DNA from: an uncultured Clostridia bacterium
Lineage (GTDB): Bacteria > Bacillota > Clostridia > Christensenellales > UBA1242
Assembly: GCA_944376845.1 (NCBI GenBank)
Contig: CALWDZ010000004.1
Location: 13,630-77,629 of the forward strand
Direction of reading: 5' to 3'
Length of the DNA stretch: 64,000 nt
The notes under the pieces were generated by a model, which worked only from the letters and a program-made list of their open reading frames with translations, was not told the DNA's origin and ran no database searches. The position numbers were made by a program, and so were the translations under genes. Below, one piece after another: positions 1-8,927 of the stretch; position 1 is the first letter of the stretch; the number at the start of each line of letters is the position of its first letter.

Positions 1-858
1 GAGATATAGCGAAAGCAAAATCAAAATGTTGGTGAGTATATGTTTTCGGTTTTTGCTAAACAATACGACAATGCCAATGCCACTACCTGCACACAGTCCT
101 GCCATCATTGCACCAAAAGTTATGCCACCAGCCATAAAAAGTTCTACCAAAAACACAGATGAGGCACAAGACGGAATAAGCCCAACAAGCGCCGCTAAAA
201 ATGGTTGAACAAACTTATTAGATGTAAAGATATTGGCTAAATTTTCTATGCCAAGATATTCAACCACAAGACCAATTATGAGAGTTGCAACAAATAAAAA
301 TGCGGTGATTTGTAGTGTATGCAAAAGTGCATCTAAAAATATATTATCAACACAATGCTCGTGGTCTTTATGCACATGATGCTTATGTGTGCAGTTTGTA
401 AGTTCACAGTCGTGGTCATGCTCTTTTATAAAAGCATTTTCATTAAGTTCTTGTTTGCCTTTAATTAGTCTATAAATAATATCAAATAAATAGCCAAAAA
501 CAATTGCAACCACAAGTTTGATACCAATCATAATAAGCATAGGCACAATAAAGTTTGGGTCGCTAATCATTAGTGGAAGTGCTTCATCACTTGTGGCAAG
601 CATAACCGCAATAAGTGTACCAATTGTTATCGCCTTTTTGGAGTAAAGGTCAGACATTACAACAGAAAAACCACATTGTGGAACAACTCCAAGGCAAGAA
701 CCAATAAGTGGCCCATAGCGTTTTGTTTTGTTCATAATTTTGACATATTTATTGTTGGAATTGTGACCTATATAACAAACCAACAAATATACAAGATAAA
801 GTATTGGAACAACTTTAAGTGTATCAAGTGTTGCATCTAAAAGAACGTCCCAAAACAT
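1..858 (-). CDS. ArsP_2/DUF2899-like polytopic putative metal permease; the C-terminal end runs off the window start
   Basis: Not in the ORF track because there is no stop in the window. My minus-strand reading from the ATG at 856-858 gives MFWDVLLDATLDTLKVVPILYLVYLL..GPLIGSCLGVVPQCGFSVVMSDLY..ATSDEALPLM, with a His/Cys-rich loop HDHDCELTNCTHKHHVHKDHEHC. I recall the PQCGFS and TSDE motifs from this family. The start overlaps the upstream stop (TGATG). Confidence 0.6.
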   Translation of the reverse strand, partial: MFWDVLLDATLDTLKVVPILYLVYLLVCYIGHNSNNKYVKIMNKTKRYGPLIGSCLGVVPQCGFSVVMSDLYSKKAITIGTLIAVMLATSDEALPLMISDPNFIVPMLIMIGIKLVVAIVFGYLFDIIYRLIKGKQELNENAFIKEHDHDCELTNCTHKHHVHKDHEHCVDNIFLDALLHTLQITAFLFVATLIIGLVVEYLGIENLANIFTSNKFVQPFLAALVGLIPSCASSVFLVELFMAGGITFGAMMAGLCAGSGIGIVVLFSKNRKHILTNILILLSLYL

Positions 859-1613
859 CATTCACCAACCTTTTCTTTTTTAGGCTCGGCTGGTTTTATT
901 TTCTGTTTGTAAACAATAAGAGCGTTGCCACTTTTTTGTCTAATTCTGCCATTTAGTTGTTGTCCAACAAAACTTTGCCCCATAAGTTCATCAATTTTCC
1001 CACCATTCATTGTACCAACTTCTGCACTATCACAAATATGTGCAATATTTCCACTATTTAAGGTGGATATTTTGGCATTATCTAAAACATAATCAATATT
1101 CCCATGGTTGAATGTGGTGATTTGTGCCAAGCCACTTAGCCCCACAATGTTGCCACTAGCAAAAGTGCCAACTTTGGCATTATCTCTTATGTAATATATA
1201 TTTGCGTTATTTATTGTTGTTATCCTCGCTTTCCCTGATATAAACTTTATATTTCCGCCATTTATGGTACCAATTTGTGCCTTACCACTTACATAGTCAA
1301 TATCGCAAGTGTTAATTGTTTTTATAAAAGCGTTGCCAGCAATGGTAAAAATATAGCCAATTTCAATCAAACCAATTTTGGCTTTTGAACTAATATAATA
1401 TATTTCACCACTGTGCAAAATATTTATCCTTGCTTTGCCCGTTATGCTTGAAAAAGTTGTGTCTGTTGCTTCTAAAACAACGGCACTACCCGAAAGTGTG
1501 ACATTTTTACAGCCATTTAAAATATGTACACCATCATAAAGATTTAGATTTTCTTTTGTTTCATGAATTTTAGGCTGAATAACCTTACCTTTTTTAAGTG
1601 ACATAATACACAC
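858..1613 (-). CDS. Beta-solenoid-like protein with about ten tandem 17-residue repeats (bactofilin-like periodicity); function unknown
   Basis: ORF of 251 aa. Repeats are visible in the translation: SGKAQIGTINGGNIKFI / SGKARITTINNANIYYI / RDNAKVGTFASGNIVGL / SGLAQITTFNHGNIDYV / LDNAKISTLNSGNIAHI and so on. The C-terminus is Lys-rich. Confidence 0.45.
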   Translation of the reverse strand: MCIMSLKKGKVIQPKIHETKENLNLYDGVHILNGCKNVTLSGSAVVLEATDTTFSSITGKARINILHSGEIYYISSKAKIGLIEIGYIFTIAGNAFIKTINTCDIDYVSGKAQIGTINGGNIKFISGKARITTINNANIYYIRDNAKVGTFASGNIVGLSGLAQITTFNHGNIDYVLDNAKISTLNSGNIAHICDSAEVGTMNGGKIDELMGQSFVGQQLNGRIRQKSGNALIVYKQKIKPAEPKKEKVGE

Positions 1614-1658
1614 CTCTTTAGTGTATTATACCACATAAAATTATTTCAGCAAGTTTTT

Positions 1659-2936
1659 TTAATTACTTGTTATAACGCTTTTGACATCAACGCCGATATT
1701 GACATACCTTAAAAAGTCTGTTTTGTCTGATAAAGTATCCAAAAAGTCCATGAATGGTCTATAATGATTATACAAGAGTTTATAAACACCTATAACATCA
1801 GTTTTTTCTTGGCGTAGTTTTGTAAGTGCAACTGCAACCTCGCGTTTTACAACATCGTTTATTTTTTCTTGCATCTCATCTGAAAGCGTAATGGTTTTTA
1901 AAGATTTTTTATCATCTTCTGCCATCTGAATTATTTCTACTGGAATAAGCGACAACTTGACCTGAAAAGTCACATAAGGTTTACCGGCAATAAATGATAC
2001 TTCGGGGGAAATGGAATGGCTATTAATAGCAAAAGTTATACTAGCATCTTGCATATTCTGTTCATTTATCCCGGTGATTGTAATCATCTTTTGCAATTCT
2101 CCTTCAACAATCCAATTTACACCACTCATTTCGTCTTCTGATAACAAATATTGAAATTTACCTTTATTAAATACTGCGTGTTCCGTCTTGTATGAAATTG
2201 TATTTTTTTGCTCTTCTTGGCTAGATTGACTACCTGACGATGTACCTTGTTGTGCCGATTGCTCTCCTGATTGACCAGACGAACTGTTAATACCATTAAC
2301 ACTTTCACTTTCAAGCGTAACATAACCAAGTGAAGATATGTGTATATCTGAATAGTAGCCCTTTAAAAATGCATCAATACTAATATTTTTTGTAAAAGTT
2401 TCATTAAACTCATTGTTTATCATTTCACGCATTTTATATGAAGATGACTGTTCCAAATTTAGTGCCTTATCTAATAAGTCGCTAGCCTTGCCATTGCACA
2501 TAAGTAGTGGAACTGTATTTGAAACTTTGCCTGCCACAATAAGTGTATTGAGAACTTCTGCTATGTTTTCGTCTGCAAAATCTTGAGATATAACAATATA
2601 TCCAACGTGCCCCATTCTGATACGCCTGCCCACTGCAGACTCTATATTTGAAATTGCATTAGCAAGTGTTGTCCCTGTCCCTTCTAAAAGTTTTGTATTT
2701 TCTCTCATCTCAGATTTTGAAATTTCAGATAACGCTAGTACTGATACTGCAATTTCATCTTCTTGTTTGTCCACACCTATTGCAGTAATAATTGCACTTC
2801 TAAAACTGAGGGATGGCATTGTTATTGCTGTCGGCAAAAAAATTATTAACACTATTATAAAATAATAAAGTGCATATGTGTGTTTAATTTTGCTTAGACT
2901 TTTTTTGAACCAACTCATCACTTTTCTCCCTATCAA
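1659..2936 (-). CDS. Spore germination receptor subunit C, Ger(x)C family
   Basis: Third gene of an A-B-C receptor operon. The AIITAIGVDKQEDEIAVSVLA core is typical of the GerAC N-terminal region. It overlaps the B-subunit gene. The start is uncertain (an in-frame ATG at 2918 is also possible). Confidence 0.7.
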   Translation of the reverse strand: MIGRKVMSWFKKSLSKIKHTYALYYFIIVLIIFLPTAITMPSLSFRSAIITAIGVDKQEDEIAVSVLALSEISKSEMRENTKLLEGTGTTLANAISNIESAVGRRIRMGHVGYIVISQDFADENIAEVLNTLIVAGKVSNTVPLLMCNGKASDLLDKALNLEQSSSYKMREMINNEFNETFTKNISIDAFLKGYYSDIHISSLGYVTLESESVNGINSSSGQSGEQSAQQGTSSGSQSSQEEQKNTISYKTEHAVFNKGKFQYLLSEDEMSGVNWIVEGELQKMITITGINEQNMQDASITFAINSHSISPEVSFIAGKPYVTFQVKLSLIPVEIIQMAEDDKKSLKTITLSDEMQEKINDVVKREVAVALTKLRQEKTDVIGVYKLLYNHYRPFMDFLDTLSDKTDFLRYVNIGVDVKSVITSN

Positions 2937-3996
2937 ATATAAGTAAACAAATATAAAATAGCGGAATAATTATCCATGCTAAAATACCAAAATATTTTAA
3001 ATAATTAAATACAAAATTTATAATTAATTCAAGATTATAAAAAACAAATAATTGCAAAGCAAGTATGCATAAAGTAATAAATATAATTGCATGAATTTTA
3101 TTTTCATAACCAACTATTTTTTCATAAATATTTTTTGCACTTAAAAAATATATTGCTCCCTGAAAAAATATTATAAACATATATACCAAAATTGCTATAA
3201 TATCGATATTTCCAGAATTACCGATATTTCGATTATACTGCGTTATATCTGCTATGGCGTCTTTGTGTAAAAATGATGTTACATTAAATAATCTAATATA
3301 AATAATATAAAGTGCAATTAAAATTATTAAAGTTAGCCCTACATATGCAAATATTATTTTTTTCATATTTTTTTGATATTTTATTTTATCTGATAAAATT
3401 GTGACAAATAAAAAATCAGAAAACCAAAAACCAACATCTTTACATGCATTAAAAATATTAGAAAAATTTTCTTTAAAAATAGGCCCCATTTCTCCATATG
3501 TGAATGTTATTTCTGACAAAAACAAGCAAAATATAAGTCCAATAAAAATAAATACAAAACCAAATTCAATTGTCCTTGCCGCACTTTTTAGACCAAAATA
3601 TACCATTGATATAACCACAGGTAAAAATGTCATAAAGTATACAAGTACTTTAAAATCTTCATCAACAATATCTTTCATATAAGATATTGCTTCATTGTTT
3701 AACATTACAATTTTTAAAATAAACAATCCAAATAATATTATATATATTATCTTTGCCACAATGCTTCCAAACACTTTTTTTATTAGTTCGTACAGTGAAA
3801 GTGCTGGATATTTTTCTTTTATCTTTAAAAATAAAAATAGCAATAATAAATCAAGTGCAAACATAATTAGTGCCACAATTATTGCACTAGATGTGGACAT
3901 CTGCACAAGTATTGATGGGAGCGTAATAAGTTTAAGTGCAAGTAATGAAATAGCACAAAAACACGCTGTTTGTCTTACAGAAATTTGTTCATTCAT
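2884..3996 (-). CDS. Spore germination receptor subunit B, Ger(x)B family (APC-like polytopic permease)
   Basis: ORF of 370 aa, hydrophobic throughout. It sits between the A and C subunit genes and overlaps the A gene by 8 nt. Confidence 0.75.
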   Translation of the reverse strand: MNEQISVRQTACFCAISLLALKLITLPSILVQMSTSSAIIVALIMFALDLLLLFLFLKIKEKYPALSLYELIKKVFGSIVAKIIYIILFGLFILKIVMLNNEAISYMKDIVDEDFKVLVYFMTFLPVVISMVYFGLKSAARTIEFGFVFIFIGLIFCLFLSEITFTYGEMGPIFKENFSNIFNACKDVGFWFSDFLFVTILSDKIKYQKNMKKIIFAYVGLTLIILIALYIIYIRLFNVTSFLHKDAIADITQYNRNIGNSGNIDIIAILVYMFIIFFQGAIYFLSAKNIYEKIVGYENKIHAIIFITLCILALQLFVFYNLELIINFVFNYLKYFGILAWIIIPLFYICLLIFDREKSDELVQKKSKQN

Positions 3997-5407
3997 CTTT
4001 AAGCCCCCTTATATTGTCTTTTGTCTTTATAGATTTTGGTCTTTTTTTCATCTTTGGTATAGGCTTTTTATGAAGTCCATCTTTCAAGTCGCCTTCCACT
4101 CTTGGAGCATAAGGAGCAAGGTTTGGCGTATCGAACTCGTTCATTGAATTTAAATAGTTTACAAAATATATCATTCCACCAACCACACCAAATAGTCCAA
4201 GCGTACCACCTAAAAACAAAAATACAAGCCTAATTATATTTAGTTGTGGAGCCTGATTCGGTACAGTGTAGACAGCAATCAAACTAAGTGCAATTACAAT
4301 TATACCGGGCGGAGAAATAAGTCCTGCTTGAACGCCAGTGTCACCAAGCACAAGAGCACCGACAATACTAGTTGCAATTCCTAAATATCGTGGAAGCCTT
4401 AAACTCACCTCATATAACATTTGAAACAAAATCAAGATAAACAAAATTTCAATAAATGGAGTAAACGGCAAATTTTGAGTTGTTGCACTTATGGTTAAAA
4501 TATATTTTAGTGGTACAACTTGATAGTGATATAACCTTAAACTTAAATACACACCAGGAATAACAGTCGCCATAATAATTCCAAAAGCACGCACATACCT
4601 AATAAATGTCGCATAATGAGAATTGGTATAATAGTCATTGCTGTTTTGAATGTCCTCAAAAAGTATAAAAGGAAAAGTTATGACTATTGGCGAGCCATCT
4701 ACGGCAATTGCAATTCGGCCTTCCATAAGTTTCGCCGTCACAATGTCAGGCTTTTCTGAAGAACCATATTGTTCAAATAATGAATTAGGTCTATTTACAA
4801 TGTATTCCACGAGATAGTGCGGGTCAAGCACCACATCTGTATTGATTTTTTTTATTCGTTTTTCAAGTTCTTTAACTGTCTTTTTGTCCGCTAAATTATC
4901 CATATAAAACATTGAAACTTGAGTGTGTGACATTTCACCAACATAAAAACTTTTTATTACAAGGTGTTTAGATGGCAACTGTTTTCGCATTAGTGCAATA
5001 GTGGTCTTTATACTTTCAGTAAAGCCCTCTCGTGGTCCTTGAATTGTCGGAGATGTTGGCGGTTCAGAAGGTTGTCTTGTAGGGAAAAACTCCATATCAA
5101 TAGCAAGTGCTTTTTGTTCGCCTTCAACAAATAAAAGTACTTTGCTTCTAAGCAATTTTTTTACAAATTCATCTTCTTCTATCTTTTCAATTTCTGCCGC
5201 CCTAAGTACGCTTGATGATAATATATCCAAATTAATTTCACCGCTATAGTCAAGTAGCGGAGTAATAACAGAATGAACAAGTAGCGTTTTATCAATGGTA
5301 CTTTTAATAAACAAAAGATAGACATTTTTCCCACCAATAAAAAACTGTCTTTGTGTTACATCTGGATTATTATTTAATTGTTTTTTAATTTTTTCTAATA
5401 TTTCCAT
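3989..5407 (-). CDS. Spore germination receptor subunit A, GerA family
   Basis: GerA-family architecture: a soluble N-terminal half followed by C-terminal TM helices (PGVYLSLRLYHYQVVPL.., GALVLGDTGVQAGLISPP). I chose the ATG at 5407 (MEILEKIKKQL) with AGGTGG upstream. The ORF track start at 5422 is a GTG. Confidence 0.85.
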   Translation of the reverse strand: MEILEKIKKQLNNNPDVTQRQFFIGGKNVYLLFIKSTIDKTLLVHSVITPLLDYSGEINLDILSSSVLRAAEIEKIEEDEFVKKLLRSKVLLFVEGEQKALAIDMEFFPTRQPSEPPTSPTIQGPREGFTESIKTTIALMRKQLPSKHLVIKSFYVGEMSHTQVSMFYMDNLADKKTVKELEKRIKKINTDVVLDPHYLVEYIVNRPNSLFEQYGSSEKPDIVTAKLMEGRIAIAVDGSPIVITFPFILFEDIQNSNDYYTNSHYATFIRYVRAFGIIMATVIPGVYLSLRLYHYQVVPLKYILTISATTQNLPFTPFIEILFILILFQMLYEVSLRLPRYLGIATSIVGALVLGDTGVQAGLISPPGIIVIALSLIAVYTVPNQAPQLNIIRLVFLFLGGTLGLFGVVGGMIYFVNYLNSMNEFDTPNLAPYAPRVEGDLKDGLHKKPIPKMKKRPKSIKTKDNIRGLKDE

Positions 5408-5429
5408 TAAAAAACATACCACCTAAAAG

Positions 5430-5458
5430 TAGTATGTTTTTAATTAAAAATTATATTC
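5430..5458 (-). promoter_or_regulatory. Sigma-G-type forespore promoter for the gerA-type operon
   Basis: The minus strand reads GAATA-N17-CATACTA. This matches the Bacillus sigma-G consensus GHATR-N17/18-CATXHTA exactly. It lies about 20 nt upstream of the SD/ATG. Confidence 0.55.
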
Positions 5459-5459
5459 T

Positions 5460-6635
5460 TTAATCTAATATAGCAGTAACTATTTGTGAACTTATTAGAT
5501 ATATCTCATCTCCAAGTGCTCGCAGAGACAAACTGGTAATGTCTTGTGATGAAATGTAAGGACTAAGGTCAATATTGACCGCTGTCGCTTGATTTGTTCT
5601 ATAGACATATGTATATGTTTGATTTATAACAATTTCAAAGTTGAATGTAAAATTTTCATCACTTTCTATATCACTATTTATTGTAAATGAAAGTGTATTA
5701 GTTTGTCTATTATAATTTACATCAGTTGGCGCTGAAAGTTGTTTCACATTGTCATATTCCAAAGGTGCACTTAGTTCACTACTATGGTAAAAACTCCCAT
5801 CTTCTGCTATTGCCTCTATATAGAGATAATATTTCCCCGCTGGACTTTCATTTAGTGCCGATAAATCAAAAGAAATTGTTTGTGATGTTTCCGCAGGTTG
5901 CTGTACAGTGAAATATAAAAGTTCATCTTCATATGTGGAATAATAAATATAATACATACTAGCATTGTCCACCCTTTGCCAAACTAGTAAGTTCTCTTGA
6001 AATGTAGCAATTGGGGTATCTAGAACTCCACGATAAATAAAGGTATAAGTAGTACTATAATCAGAATTTTCTCTTTCATTGTCACCTATGTACCTTGCTT
6101 GTATTTGATATTGACCAACACTATTTAGATAACTTGTAATAGTAACGCTAGGATAATTTGACCTTATGGTTCTACTATCACTGCCGTTAGAAATGCGAAA
6201 TTCATAAATAACTGCATCACTATTCTCTTCCACACTTACAATAGTTCTATCACTAAGTGCGTGCACTGTCACTGTTGGTGCCTGCATCTTTGTGTACTTA
6301 GGTGAAAGCCCGAAAATTAGCCCAAGTATAAGCCCAAGTAGACATACTGCAGAAACACAAGATATAATTATCCAACCCTTTTTGCTTATTTTATGGTTTT
6401 TGGTTTTCTTCTCATCTGGCTTTGATGTTTCTTCATTTTGTTGGAGTGTTGCTTCTTCACTTTTAGTTGTGTCATCTTGCTTTATATAGTCTTTTTGCTC
6501 TGTTTGCTCTTCACTTGGCGTACTCAAAATATCGGCGTCATTAACCTCGCCTGACTTACGCCTCTCTGCAAACATACGTCTTATGTGCTCAGGCATTTGT
6601 TTTTGAGTATCTTGATTTTTATTTTCCATAAGCAC
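5460..6635 (-). CDS. Single-pass membrane protein with a charged N-terminal tail and a beta-rich (FN3-like) extracellular region; function unknown
   Basis: ORF of 391 aa with one TM helix (WIIISCVSAVCLLGLILGLIFGL). The extracellular part has repeated Y/T/S-rich beta-strand-like segments. Confidence 0.45.
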   Translation of the reverse strand: MLMENKNQDTQKQMPEHIRRMFAERRKSGEVNDADILSTPSEEQTEQKDYIKQDDTTKSEEATLQQNEETSKPDEKKTKNHKISKKGWIIISCVSAVCLLGLILGLIFGLSPKYTKMQAPTVTVHALSDRTIVSVEENSDAVIYEFRISNGSDSRTIRSNYPSVTITSYLNSVGQYQIQARYIGDNERENSDYSTTYTFIYRGVLDTPIATFQENLLVWQRVDNASMYYIYYSTYEDELLYFTVQQPAETSQTISFDLSALNESPAGKYYLYIEAIAEDGSFYHSSELSAPLEYDNVKQLSAPTDVNYNRQTNTLSFTINSDIESDENFTFNFEIVINQTYTYVYRTNQATAVNIDLSPYISSQDITSLSLRALGDEIYLISSQIVTAILD

Positions 6636-6757
6636 CTTTATTTATTAGTTTATACATTTTATTATAATTTAACACCGCCAAAGTGTCAAACAAATACAAC
6701 TTAAAAAAATATTGACAAAATTCGCCAATATTTTTATACTTACCAATGAGGTTAAAA

Positions 6758-7333
6758 ATGAAAAAGTTTTTTAGTGATTTTAAAAAGTTTATAACACGCG
6801 GTAATGTTGTTGATATGGCAATAGGTGTTATTGTTGCAAGTGCTTTCACTGCAATTGTCACCGCACTTACAAATGGTATAATTATGCCTTTTATAAATTA
6901 CCTTCTTTCACTTGGTGGCACGGGGCTTGATAGTGCTTATACTTTTCTGAAAAAAGTTGTAGATGAAACTGGTGCAGTTGACCTTGCCAATAGTATTTAC
7001 ATCGATTGGGGTTCTTTTATCACCGCAATTATCAATTTCCTTCTAGTTGCATTTGTGCTTTTCTGCATATTAAGAATATTTATGAGGTCAAAAGGCTTTT
7101 TGCAAAAACAAATTTCAGAACTTCCTACAAGTGCAGAGAAAAAACAACTTAAAGAAATGGGTGTAAATATAAAGGACAGACGTGAAGTAATTGCAAAAAC
7201 CGCAGAACTTCGCGAAAAGAAAAAACAAGAGGAAGAAGAAAAGAAGCGTCTTGAACACAAACCTACCACAGAAGAATTACTTGCGGATATAAAAACACTT
7301 CTTGAAAAACAAACTCAAAATAAAGAAGAATAA
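6758..7333 (+). CDS. mscL: Large-conductance mechanosensitive channel MscL with an extended Lys/Glu-rich C-terminal tail
   Basis: MKKFFSDFKKFITRGNVVDMAIGVIVASAFTAIVTALTNGIIMP is the canonical MscL N-terminus. I chose the ATG at 6758, preceded by GAGG. Confidence 0.85.
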   Translation: MKKFFSDFKKFITRGNVVDMAIGVIVASAFTAIVTALTNGIIMPFINYLLSLGGTGLDSAYTFLKKVVDETGAVDLANSIYIDWGSFITAIINFLLVAFVLFCILRIFMRSKGFLQKQISELPTSAEKKQLKEMGVNIKDRREVIAKTAELREKKKQEEEEKKRLEHKPTTEELLADIKTLLEKQTQNKEE

Positions 7334-7339
7334 ATCTTT

Positions 7340-7390
7340 AAGACTGTTTTAAAATAAGCGAAATTAAGCTGTTTTAGAACAGTCTTTTTT
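7340..7390 (+). terminator. Rho-independent terminator after mscL
   Basis: AAGACTGTTTTAAAA ... TTTTAGAACAGTCTT stem (one mismatch) followed by a T-run. Confidence 0.8.
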
Positions 7391-7434
7391 CATATTTTTT
7401 TTATGTCAATAATATATATAAATTAGGAGATTTT

Positions 7435-7692
7435 ATGGTGAAAGAAAATATATTGAGATTGGTTAATAGAAACGACTTAAGTATAACTGGTGTTGAAAAA
7501 GTTATCTCTTTTTCTCCTACTGAGGTCAATTTATTAGCACTTGATTGTGAGATGAAAATTTTAGGACGTGAACTTCAAACCGTTAAACTTGATGAAGAAA
7601 ATGGTGACCTTGTAATAAGCGGAGTTATTGAAAGTATTAAATGGAGTGATAAAAAAGAAAAGCAAAGTCTTCTTAAAAGAATATTTAAATGA
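7435..7692 (+). CDS. yabP: Sporulation protein YabP
   Basis: 85 aa. LSITGVEKVISFSPTEV...GDLVISGVIESIKW resembles YabP. AGGAG lies upstream. The yabP-yabQ-divIC order matches Bacillus. Confidence 0.8.
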   Translation: MVKENILRLVNRNDLSITGVEKVISFSPTEVNLLALDCEMKILGRELQTVKLDEENGDLVISGVIESIKWSDKKEKQSLLKRIFK

Positions 7693-8066
7693 TACTTTTT
7701 GAAACGCTATCTCAACCTTATATTATTTTGTTTGTAATTATGTCAGGTTTTTTATCTGGACTGTTTTTTGATATTTCGTATATAATTTCTTTTCTTTGCA
7801 ATGATAATAAAATAGTTAAAAACATATTAGAATTTATATCTGTTGTTTGTGCGTTTATTGTTCTGTTTATTGTAAACCAAATATTTTTATATGGCCAATT
7901 TAGACTTTACGTTTTAACTTTTTTTGTGCTTTCGCTTACTTTGGAACAATTTACTCTTGGAAAACTAATTGCCAAAACTAGAAATTGGTGCTATGATATA
8001 TTTAGAAAGTTTTCACAAAGGATGATAAAATTATGCAAGAGAAAAAGAAATTCAAAACAACAATGA
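7689..8066 (+). CDS. yabQ: Spore cortex biosynthesis membrane protein YabQ
   Basis: 125-aa membrane protein. It has an ATGA overlap with yabP, and the synteny fits. Confidence 0.6.
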   Translation: MILFETLSQPYIILFVIMSGFLSGLFFDISYIISFLCNDNKIVKNILEFISVVCAFIVLFIVNQIFLYGQFRLYVLTFFVLSLTLEQFTLGKLIAKTRNWCYDIFRKFSQRMIKLCKRKRNSKQQ

Positions 8067-8338
8067 TTGTAATGTCCGTAGTGGCATGTTTATTTCTTTT
8101 AGTCGGGATAATTCAAACTTTTGTTTTAAATTCACAAAAAAGCACACTTAATGACCTTAAAGATACTAATGCAGAACTCGGAATAGAACAACAACAACTT
8201 GAAGAAATTCATGACTATATGTGTCAAATTGAGGGTGAGCACGATCTTGAACAATGTTTAATAGACAATAACTACTTGGAAGAATATTGGAAATTAAACC
8301 ATGGTTATGGTGAAGACGGAGATAAAATTATACAATAA
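8033..8338 (+). CDS. divIC: Septum formation initiator, DivIC/FtsB-like
   Basis: 101 aa. N-terminal TM helix then a coiled coil (LNDLKDTNAELGIEQQQLEEI). It sits after yabQ. Confidence 0.55.
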   Translation: MQEKKKFKTTMIVMSVVACLFLLVGIIQTFVLNSQKSTLNDLKDTNAELGIEQQQLEEIHDYMCQIEGEHDLEQCLIDNNYLEEYWKLNHGYGEDGDKIIQ

Positions 8339-8370
8339 AAAAGAACCGATATTGGTTCTTTTATTTTTTT
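8337..8370. terminator. Bidirectional terminator between convergent genes
   Basis: AAGAACC-GATATT-GGTTCTT hairpin flanked by an A-run and a T-run. Confidence 0.75.
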
Positions 8371-8858
8371 GCCCTTACCTTTAACTTTGCTCCACAATAT
8401 TCACAAGAAGAAATTTCTTTATCCAAAGAAAGAGTTGCTCCACAATAAGGACACTTATGAGTTATTACGACATCTTCTTGCTCATTTTGAATTGGTTTTA
8501 ATTCACCATTTTCAACAAAATATCCTTTTAGATATCTTTTTGCTATAAGTTGATTGACAATGCCCAAAACTGCTTTTGGTTGTTTACCTATGCTTGATGC
8601 TATGCTATTTATACTTAATAGATTATCATTTACAATACAATCCAAAACAGCAAGATACGAGCCTTGTTCACCATATTTAATCCATACAAGCGGTGCACCA
8701 TAAAAGCCAAGCACAGTCATAACTATGCCAGCAACAAGCAGAAGTGTAATACCTTTTGTAGCACCAAAAATAATACCCAGTATACCAAAAACAAAGCCGA
8801 TAGATAAAAATAATGCCCAAAATAATGTTTTTGTATGTGATGATTTTAAACTTTTCAT
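8361..8858 (-). CDS. Membrane protein with a C-terminal zinc ribbon; function unknown
   Basis: 165 aa. Two to three N-terminal TM helices and a CPYCG...CEYCG ribbon at the C-terminus. Confidence 0.45.
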   Translation of the reverse strand: MKSLKSSHTKTLFWALFLSIGFVFGILGIIFGATKGITLLLVAGIVMTVLGFYGAPLVWIKYGEQGSYLAVLDCIVNDNLLSINSIASSIGKQPKAVLGIVNQLIAKRYLKGYFVENGELKPIQNEQEDVVITHKCPYCGATLSLDKEISSCEYCGAKLKVRAKK

Positions 8859-8927
8859 ATTTCTATTATATTATAAATATTTAAAAAAAGCAAAGGACAG
8901 CATAAAATTTTTTATGCCGTCTTGAAA

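Noticed and set aside
26-208. 60-aa plus-strand ORF at the window start.
   Set aside because: It is antisense to the clearly coding ArsP_2-like permease frame, which spans 1-858 on the minus strand.
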